Shown here: piece after piece, positions 11,147 to 19,619 of the stretch
How positions within the stretch are numbered: position 1 is the first letter of the stretch
Layout of the letters: each line of letters begins with the position of its first letter
From: Psammoneis japonica
Lineage: Eukaryota
DNA length: 20,000 nucleotides
Direction: 5' to 3'
NCBI GenBank assembly: GCA_008632985.1
Contig: QPGO01000155.1
Coordinates: forward strand, 175,444-195,443
The notes under the pieces: model-generated
Databases searched by the model: none
Told to the model about the DNA's origin: nothing
Seen by the model: the letters and a program-made list of their open reading frames with translations, nothing else
Made by a program: the position numbers and the translations under genes

Positions 11147-12689
11147 TGCAGCTGGTGCCAAGTTGACAGAGACAAGGGTTGTGAAGAGAAATCTAAAGGA
11201 GTTCCAGAAAGAAAGACACCAAGCATGCAAACATCAGCGAGCTCTCCACAAAACAAAACAAAACAAAGCCACAAAGAGCAACTCAAATTGCAGCCAAATG
11301 ACCAAGTGGGCTGCAGCCTTGGGCTGTTGACCTGTCTTAGAAAATGAAAGTTGCCTTCTCACCTTGGTTGCAACAGCTGTTGGTTCATAAATGGCAGGGT
11401 TCATGGCAGCAGCATGGTGCATTTTGGTGTGCGCAACTTGCAACTTGAGTCACACAAAACACATCATCTTCATTTTGGAGCTCAGCAGTTTTCTTGCGCG
11501 GGTTTGGCACCAAACATGATGCAGAACACACAGAAACAAACCAAAAACCTCATGATTCATTCTAAAGTTTCTCATTTGGAGATCTGTCTGCCCCAGCAGT
11601 GGTGAGCTGCAAGTGGCACAATGCCAGCAAATGGCAGTTCCATGCACAAGCACTGGCCAACCTTTGCGAGACTGGAGGGCTTTGTTGTTTTGCAGCCACG
11701 TTTCTGTGTGAATGTTGGCACAACAAAGTTTGTAAAAATGCCCAGCTGATTGACAAAAACATTGCACACTGCACTCAAAAGTGTGCTGGCTGGCACAACT
11801 GCTGTTGCACTGGATGTTTGCAGGCACTCAGCACACAAGAAAGAGAGGCAAGTTTGGCGCCAATGTTGGCTCCTCCTGTCATGGTGGTGAGTTCCCCCAC
11901 CCAAGCAACCATGGGCTGCTTTGACTGGCAATCATCATGATTTTGCCTCAGTCCAAGTTCCAAAGACACACGCCATCAAACACACACTGGAAACCTGCCT
12001 CTGTTGTGTGGGGCGGGGAAGACCTCACAACAAGAATGACTTGGCTCCGGCAGATCACTCTGATTCGCAATGAGGAAGAGAGGATCCACTCGCCCTTGAC
12101 AGACAACTGAAGTGACCACTGCAATGGTGGCGACAATGTGTTTCAAAGAGTCAAATGGCAATTTTGTGTGCTTTGTGCAACTGACAACTGAGCAAAGTTT
12201 GTCCAGGGTTCAAATGGCACGAGCTCCGAACTCCCGAGACTTCCTTCCTGCAGCTGGATCGCACAACAACAGCACTGCGGTCAGCAAGCAAGACAATGAC
12301 GATGGTGCTTCTGTGTCGCGACGACGACTCTTTGTCTCTTCCTTGGTGACAAACTCATCCATCATGGCTGAGGACAGCACAGTCACAATGCCTCCTTTTG
12401 TCCGTTTGCATGTTCCTTTCATCATGCGTGACAACAACGCATGCCATTGAGCCGGTGCGTTTTGAGGATCTTCTCAGCAATGAAGAACATCGTCATGCAG
12501 CCTCACCACCCTAGACCGAGAGCCCGAAGGATGTGAAAGAACTCTACACAAGTCAGCCATTGGATCACTTTTCTATGGAGGAACTTGTGTCTGACGCTGA
12601 AGGATCTTTGCAGCAGCGGTGCTTCTATTCGGATCGATGCGCAAGGTCATCTTCAACGCATGGAACTTCGTTTTCATCCTTGTGGCAGT

Positions 12690-13545
12690 CTTTGTGGCCC
12701 TGAAAGTGGCGAAGAATGGTCAAGCTTGTACACAACAAGCAGCTGTGGAGATTGGTGTCTTTGGGACTGAGAAAAGACAAGGATTTCTTGGCCATTAACG
12801 TCAAAGCGAAAACCGCAAGATGGTGCACCTGCAATCGTACAGTCCGCATCAGAATCACCTTTGCTTGGTGTTTGAATTGTTGGGGATGAACACACAAGAG
12901 GTTTTGAATCAGCGGCAGTTCAGAGGGTTGCCCTTGACAAAGGTTCGGCCGCTGCTGTTGAAAACAATGGACGGCAGCGTGAAGGAATTGTGTTGGCGAT
13001 CAATTGTTCGACCGAGAAGGATTTTGATTCAAGCAATGTCAAGCCAATTGCTTTCGGTTCGGCTTGCTGTGAAGGACACACGGCTCACACCTACATTCGA
13101 TCTCGGTTTTACCGCAGCCCCAGAAGTTCTTCCACTCAAGGGCCACCCTGCGATTCTGCTTTTTGACATGTGGTCCTTGGGACGCGTGGCGGCAGAACTG
13201 TTCCTCGGATTGTCCATTGCCTCACGGTTATGAACACGATTGGGTGAGGCGAATTTGTGAAACAATTGAACCCATTCCAGACATTGCGCATGCTTGGCGA
13301 AAGGTGCGTGTCATTCTTTTTATTTGATGCTTTCTGTTGAACGGACGCATGTGCTAATTTGTCGTTGCACGCTGCTCGTCGTTGTTCAGTGCTAAATTTG
13401 TCCAAGCACTTTGCAAACTCCATTTCCAAGTCAGAAACTACTTCAACTCCGATGCAGCCACAAACCGGCACAGACAGCGACAAGAAGCCATCATGTTCGC
13501 CTCCACCTAAACAATTGTGGCGCATCAAGACACAGCGAGAATGTG
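12690..13545 (+). pseudogene. YAK1: YAK1/DYRK-family (CMGC) protein kinase pseudogene
   Basis: Motifs across frameshifts: VALKVAKNGQACTQQAAVEIGV (subdomains II-III), HQNHLCLVFELLGMN..EVLNQRQFRGLPL, FGSACCEGHTAHTYIRSRFYRSP/EVL, GHP..DSAF/DMWSLGRVAAELFLGL, YEHDWVRRICETI..IPD, LSKHF, LWRIKTQREC. The HCDLKPEN catalytic loop is deleted or garbled and no glycine-rich loop was found. Confidence 0.88.
13304..13389 (+). other. Spliceosomal intron (86 nt) in the kinase pseudogene
   Basis: AG|GTGCGT donor at 13304, GCTAAT branch-point-like motif at 13353-13358, TTCAG acceptor ending at 13389. Kinase similarity stops and resumes at these points. Confidence 0.7.
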
Positions 13546-13629
13546 TGCGACCCTCTTTTCCGTCAAGAGTTTTCCAATTGCCATTCTTTTTGTCGTCATG
13601 GGTCATGGGTGGTCTGGCACGATTTTGCT

Positions 13630-14332
13630 TTAAAATGCGGCGCCCGTGTTCAACCAAACCCCTTGTTGCTGAGCACGACCTTGGACAAACACATCTTCCA
13701 TGACAGCAGTCACGGCTTCCATTTCAGATGGATCTTCGCTCGCGTCGGAAAAGCTCTTGACAAGGGCGTCCTGAAGTGGTTTGGGCAAGTTCCGGTTGCC
13801 GCGAACGCAAAGCATGCCGTTGGCACGCTCACGCAACAACGACGGGCATCATCGGCAATGGCAACCAAGTCCTGCACGTGTGTCTTGCCGTTCTGAGGCA
13901 TGGCCTGCATCGTCAACAGCATCAGCACAAGGCGACAATGGACAGGTGTTGGCAAAGTGTCGAGTGAGGTGTGCAGTGTCACCTGATCCGACTCAAGCAA
14001 CACCTTCAAGGACGCGTCCTCCTCGGCACCAAATGATTTGTAACTGGCCGCGAGCTTCTTGGGATGCTTTTTTATCCTTTGTCGGGTCCTCAACGATTGT
14101 TGATGTTCTGATGGAGACCGCCCTTGAGATTGTCGACCAAGCCTGAAAACGGGCCTGGTGGATTCGTGCGGCACATGAGATGCTTGATGCTGATGGTCGC
14201 AACCTGTTTGGCAATCTTTGGACAAAGTAGACGCTCTTGACCAACAACCTGGCACTCAATGACAGTCTTAATTACCTCACTTGCACTGTTGGCGGATGAT
14301 TGCAAGTGGACGATGTGAAATCGAGTTTTCAA
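13630..14332 (-). pseudogene. Frameshifted remnant of an unknown protein-coding gene
   Basis: Overlapping minus-strand ORFs read as one helical protein across frames (SANSASEVIKTVIECQVVGQERLL... / IKKHPKKLAASYKSFGAEEDASLKVLLESD... / LPKPLQDALVKSFSDASEDPSEMEAVTAVMEDVF). No family recognised. Confidence 0.35.
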
Positions 14333-14944
14333 AAGCGCGAAAGAGATGTTCTGATTACAGTGCGTTTTCTAATTTTTGTTTTGTTTTCATGATCTTGATC
14401 TGCAGGCCTGACACTCTACAGCGCGCCAACTGATCCCTCTCGAGCCCCAGTCCCAGTCCCATGCCCCATGCCTGCCATGCTAAACCCAACAATCCGTGAG
14501 CTTCTACCCTTGCACGCAAAAAGCCCATCTAATGTTTGTTTCTCGTTTTCTCATTCTATTCCGCCAGTCCTGCAATGGTTTTCGACTTGAACATTGGAAC
14601 AAGTGTTGCTGCTGTTCAACATTGGCTTTCAGAGGCGATCTAGATCTTGCATTCTCTTCGACCGGCACACAAAACCAGTTCCGAAACGGCGGCCAACTCA
14701 CATGTGTCCTCTTGACAATGCATGCCTCAATGCGAGATCTGGACAGCCTCTTCCAACTTTGCTGCTGCAGTTTAAACTCGAGTGCCAAGATGCAAGTGAA
14801 TGCACACCACAAGCTGACATCTGAAACAATTTCTGCCCAACACATCTTCACGACAATGCAGGCCTGAACGAAAAATAAGATGCACAACCACAGACGATCT
14901 TCTCCACCCGCAACAGCAAAAAACTCAGCCTCGTCGCACTCCCC

Positions 14945-16030
14945 CACAACTCGGGAGCCGGACATTCCTCCAGGCACTTGTCAATCGTCTGCCTCTCGCT
15001 CCCATCCATGCATTTAATGTCGCAACACGCCACGAGATCATCATCAAAGTAAACCCTGAGAATCTTGGCCAATGCACGAGTGTTGTTGCGGCAGTGATGC
15101 ACGTCTTGGCCCTTCTCGTACTTGGACGTCGGTTTTTTGGGGGCGGGAGATAGATTCTTTTCTTCTGTCTGTCGCTCTCTGCCGTTGGAGAAGAGGATGG
15201 TGTAGCGCGGAGTTTTGTCGTCAAGGGTGAATGCCAATGATCTTGGCAGAAGCGACGTCGTTGGCATTGCTGTTCGTGCACTTGACGTTCTCACCGACTT
15301 TGCACTGGGGCTTTGGAGGGCTCGGCTTGTGAGGCGATGCTTCAATGTCGTCTTTTTCTGACGTTGGTGTTTTTGGGATGGGCGATGGATTCTTTTCAAC
15401 CGTCTGCCTCTCTCTGTTGTTAGAGAAGAGGACAGTGTAGCATGGAGTTTTGTCGTCGCGGTGAACACTGATGATTTTGGCAGAAGCGACATCGTTCGCA
15501 TTGTTGTTCGTGTGCATGACGTTCTCGCCGATTTTGTGCTGGTGCTTTGAGGGCTCAGCTTGGGAGGCGATGCTGCGATGTCGTCTTTTTCTGACGTTGG
15601 TGTTTTTGGGATGGGCGACAGATTCTTTTCAACCGTCTGCCTCTCTCTGTTGTTAGAGAAGAGGATGGTGTAGTGCGGAGTTTTGTCGTCAAGGTGAATG
15701 CCAATGATCTTGGCAGAAGCGACGTCGTTGGCATTGCTGTTCGTGTACAAAACTCTCTCACCGACTTTGCACTGGTGCTTTGGAGGGCTCGGCTTGACAG
15801 GTGAAGCTTGGACATTGTCTTTTTCTGGTTTGACGTTGCAGTGGCACTTCGGAAGGCTCGGCTTGGGAGGTGAAGCTTTGACGTTGTCTTTTTCTTTAAA
15901 ATCGACGGAGGGTGGGGGGTTGTAGTTTGAAGACGGCTCGTGAGCCACTCCACTGTTGGAAGCAGTGCCGTCAGCAGAGCTGAACGCAAGAAATGGAACA
16001 TCAAAGAAAGAAGGTGACGTTGGAAGCAAG
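14945..16030 (-). pseudogene. Frameshifted gene for a protein with four Tudor/SH3-like repeats joined by Pro/Lys-rich linkers
   Basis: Three near-identical units (x-K-VGE-V-x-TNSNANDVASAKIIGIHLDDKTPxYTILFSNNRERQTVEKNLSP) plus a diverged fourth (YEKGQDVHHCRNNTRALAKILRVYFDDDLVACCDIKCMDGSERQTIDKCL). Linkers are of the EKDxxxASPxKPSPPK type. There is a -1 nt lesion near 15548 and a +1 nt lesion near 15225. The fold assignment is from pattern recognition only. Confidence 0.75.
15130..15830. repeat. Three tandem ~234-nt coding repeats, plus an extra ~66-nt linker repeat to ~15895
   Basis: ggagttttgtcgtc at ~15209, ~15444 and ~15678; ttggcagaagcgac at ~15243, ~15477 and ~15710. Confidence 0.95.
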
Positions 16031-16640
16031 CGTCATGACAACAGGCAGCACAACAAGAGCAACAAAAACTTACGATGCAAATGGCTCATTGACGTCGTAA
16101 CGACACGTCTTGCGTTGCGCCTCCACAAAGTGGCTGCGACGAACGTGGGGAGGCTGGTTAAATTCAGAACAATTCCACCTTGTCTGCTTGGGCAATGCCG
16201 TAGTAAGGATCGCACAGAGCCAGAGGAGAAATGCAACCACAAAGGTTCGGACGATGATCCAGACGTCGATGTTCCTCAACAAGCAACACAAGACGAAGCA
16301 GAGCACCGCGCACACTGGGAACTCTTTAGGATCCCTGCGCAGGCAAGAAATGGCTCGGCCACAGTCACCAATGAGAAACAAAGCGTTCAAGAAGAGGAAA
16401 GCGTACAACATGGTGACATTGTTGATGCGATGCTTTACTTTCTTGCCAGAACTGCGATTGTGAGACGAAGAAAGCACATGGGAAAGTGCGTGCTTGCGCA
16501 CTTCAGATTTTCGCGTGCAGGGAATCGTGCCCGCGAAGTGGCAAGTTGGTTTTGACACAATTTAAACCGGCACTGGGTTTGATCCAAGTAATCATCTCGA
16601 ATCCAAACTCGGAATGCCGCCACAATCTTCATCGTCATGG
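16030..16640 (-). pseudogene. Hydrophobic multi-TM segment, possibly the decayed N-terminal part of the Tudor-like repeat gene
   Basis: Hydrophobic runs MLYAFLFLNALFLIG, AVLCFVLCCLL and IIVRTFVVAFLLWLCAILTT. ORF 16033-16242 is in frame with ORF 14848-16029, separated by one TGA that could derive from CGA. Possible start MTMKIV near 16638. Confidence 0.4.
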
Positions 16641-18109
16641 CCACAGCACTTTTTCTTTGCTCGTTTGCTCCTGACGCGACTTCGCCACAAGTTTGTGAGG
16701 CAACAAATGTGTGTCGTGCTTTCCGTTGACATGCACATGAAAGACACATCATACATTGGTTGTGGGGCTGTTGATGGACAAAATTTTTGTGCTGTTGATT
16801 GATCACTTTTTCGCATGCACTGCCCTGCCAGCGCCTGACCGCACCACAAGACCATGGTCAACACTTTGCTGCTGCGGTCCGGAATCTCTCTCTCAGCAAA
16901 ACCACCTGACACCCTTGCTTTACAATCGCCAGGGGATCGCTGGAAATGACTGTGTCTGGTTTTTTCTCAGATGACCTGCATCCTGTGCAAGGTGGCTCGT
17001 GGAGTGAGTTCCATGCTCTTTGTCCAGCCAGGATGCCAGGAACTTGTGCGATCTGCACGCAATGGTTTCGATCATGCAAGAGCTTCAGAACCATCCCGAT
17101 CACATGGAGATCAGCTTCCAGTCAGAAGAACATTCAAGTCTCCAGATCTGGGGATCTTTCTGAACATGGTTCCACAATCTCCATGGATTGGCTGCTTGTG
17201 CGACGTTGCTTGCTTTGACGGCATCTCCTGTTGCGAGCATGCTGTCAATGCAAAGCTTTGTGGATTCTTTGGATTCTGCTGTTGTTGACCCAACAACAGG
17301 GTCTCATGATTTGACCACTGCACATTGCACCAGTTGCTCAACTTTGTGGAACGAAAAGACCCAGAAACCGGAAATGTCGCTTTTGATGCTGTTCGGACAG
17401 GCATTTTTCGAGATGGGAATGTGGTGCAGTTTGACCCCTTGTCTCCTGCAACGGAACAACCAACATGAGGTGCCTCTGCCTCCTCCCAAAGGTCCAGGTG
17501 GATTGCAGCTGCAGCACCTGAACGGGGCACTGCGTGGCTTCGGATTTGCCCTTTCGGTCATTTTAATTCTTCTTTCCATTGCATTTGGGGTCTGAACCAT
17601 CCGCTGCAGAATGGGCAGAGTCATCAAGGCGTCACAGCCCATTTTCTTGCTTTCAACATGTGGCGGTGTCTTGTCAATGGGGTGGGTCATTCTGTGTGAT
17701 GCTGCAGCCATCTGTGTTTTGCCGCATTGAGTGAAGACAGGGCTCGTGCAATGTTTCCATTGCGCACTCTTGTTTGTGTTGTTGAGGTTGGCCATCATTC
17801 CTTGCATTTCAACATCAAAATTGAGAGCAAAGCGAGATGGATGAGATGTTTCTTCTCAAAGCACACCTTGGCTGTTCATCCTTGGTTTCATTCTTGCGCC
17901 AATGGTCGCTCTCCTGCTTGTTGATGCGGAGACGCTCACAATTTCAATGGGATGGATCTCTTGGCATGGGAGCATGGGCCACTCCAAATGGATGTGTGTG
18001 GGCAGACAGTGGAGACAGGAGGAGCCAGCAAGTCTGACTTGTTTGAAGGGTGCGTGTCTGTGCCAGCCATTGCCAAACACAAGTGAATTGGCAGCAGGGC
18101 TTCCCATGT

Positions 18110-18830
18110 CATCCGGGATGTGGGCAAAACTTTTGTCACTTCTCTCAAATCTTGCGAGTGAGTTTTCAAGTGTTCTGCAACAGGCAAAGTGGAGAGGAGT
18201 GCTTTTCAAGTGCAGAGGAAGTGTGGATTCATTCCAGTTGAGTTTGCCCTGGGCCCGTCTCTTGATCTAGAGAGTGCAGCCAAGGCTGACCCCGAAACCT
18301 TTTCTGAACATCTGTTTGGATCTGCCAGTCGCAGTGATGATGTGCACAAAGATTTTGGATGGAAATCAATTGGGATGCTGAAAGCAATGATTGGGCAGGC
18401 TGCAGGAGGGATGGTGGCTGGGACACAACAAGCAGCAGTGATGACATGGTCGAGAACCATCACATTGAGAGCACTTTGGATCAAAATGTCAAGGAAATGA
18501 ACAAAGAATGCAGTGCCAAAGGAATTGAATGTTGCTGCACATTTTCCAATCTTAGAGGAGATGTGACTTTGATTGCACCTCGCCCAGAGGAGTCTGTCTC
18601 CATTGCTCAGAACATTGGATTCGCGCATCTTGCCAAATGTGTTGAGCAGAGATCCTCAGAAGAGGCAGGAGAGCTGAAGTCTTTGGTTGCAAGAGAGTGT
18701 GATGAGATGCCAATGAAGCACAGGGGCTCAAATCAACTGGCATTCCTGTCCACAACAAATGACTTGGTGGTTCATTTTTGCATTTCCAACTGGAGCAACT
18801 TTCAAAGTGTTGCCACTGTGAAGCATTCTG
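18110..18830 (+). pseudogene. DUF6940-like protein pseudogene
   Basis: Across frames: SEFSSVLQQAKWRGVLFKC, VEFALGPSLDLESAAKADPETFSEHL, TFSNLRGDVTLIAPRP, FAHLAKCVEQRSSEEAGELKSLVA, AFLSTT / LGGSFLHFQLEQLSKCCHCEAF. These match my recollection of the family pattern FEFVL..ADP.AF.EH, F.NLGGDA.L..P, Y.HLA.F, WLSTSGLGV.WLH.RLD..PKYY.Y. Confidence 0.75.
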
Positions 18831-18884
18831 TCTGGCATTGGAATCAGCAAGTGCGTGAGAAAATTTTGTTTGCTCAGCGGCGTG

Positions 18885-19515
18885 ATTCCATCTTGGCATT
18901 GCTCGGTGACATCAGGCTTGTCTCAAACCAATTCACTGCATTTGAAAAGACATTGTTTGTTGTCGGAAATCAGGAGATGTGCAACATCCAAGGCAGGAAA
19001 TCAAGAAGGGTTTCGGGGCAGCGGGGGTGGTGGCTTGCATGCAGAGGAGAACAAGATTTGCTGGAGAAGGAGGCACTGGATGTTTGTGGTGTCCGTGTGT
19101 TGGGAACATCACTGTGGTCAGATGCCGCAGTGCAGGCCGAAATGTCAATGAATGAGCAGCGCGCTTTGTCATTCACCCAAACGGACGATGGCACAGAGCT
19201 TCAAAATTATCAGCAAAAAAGAAACAATTCAATGGTGTCGAGAAAATCTGCAGTGGTTGCGGGATGAATTGGTTGAGGCACCGCATGAAGGGATTCTCAC
19301 CACATGCCTCAATTGGAAGGGACTGGCCATCCCAGGTGTGATGTTGCTTTTCATCCGATTTGACCAAGCTCCTCTCATTCCCAATCAGTCTCCAGAAATG
19401 TGGTCACACCTGCTTCAATTTCATTGGAAACACACATCCACTCTCCAACCAGTGGGGTTGTAAAGCCCATGAGAAGCCTGGTCATTGTACAGATGGTTTG
19501 GTGGTTGGAATCAAC
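18885..19515 (+). pseudogene. Calcineurin-like metallophosphoesterase pseudogene (N-terminally truncated, internally deleted)
   Basis: ILALLGDI (GD motif), FEKTLFVVGNQEMC (GNHEYY-like), LEKEALDVCGVRVLGTSLWS, SMNE, LQWLRDEL, CGHTCFN (GHTH-like), SNQWGC (SNQxGY-like). The first DxH motif is absent and there are several frameshifts. Confidence 0.8.
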
Positions 19516-19619
19516 CAAACCCCAGTGCTGTTGGGGAGGAGACAATGAGTGTGCTGACAGGATTGGAGGTGAAGTTCAGCAGGCACGGTCAAGCTCAGTG
19601 CATCCATTCTGGTTCTGAT

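Larger units (their letters stand above)
3800..12000. pseudogene. Heavily decayed, unidentified coding-derived sequence (possible mobile element, endogenous viral relic or old duplicated genes)
   Basis: Some frames read as protein-like once C/H is reverted to Y and TGA to CGA, e.g. minus 6940-7215 'AVFRSMRAQHMCPDLHDFCKLSTDMAPCAQQHRDFQTED' and minus 4300-4533 'LIREGLDDDHFFAKVEHIFE'. I recognise no domain. Confidence 0.3.

Noticed and set aside
14445..14490. Telomere-like ctaaaccc next to cccagt/cccatg repeats
   Set aside because: Single unit only; indistinguishable from chance low-complexity sequence.
15130..15830. Diversity-generating retroelement (adenine-specific TR/VR mutagenesis)
   Set aside because: DGRs mutate A to any base on one strand within a short VR and need a reverse transcriptase. 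Here changes are A>G on both strands over more than 17 kb with no RT seen.
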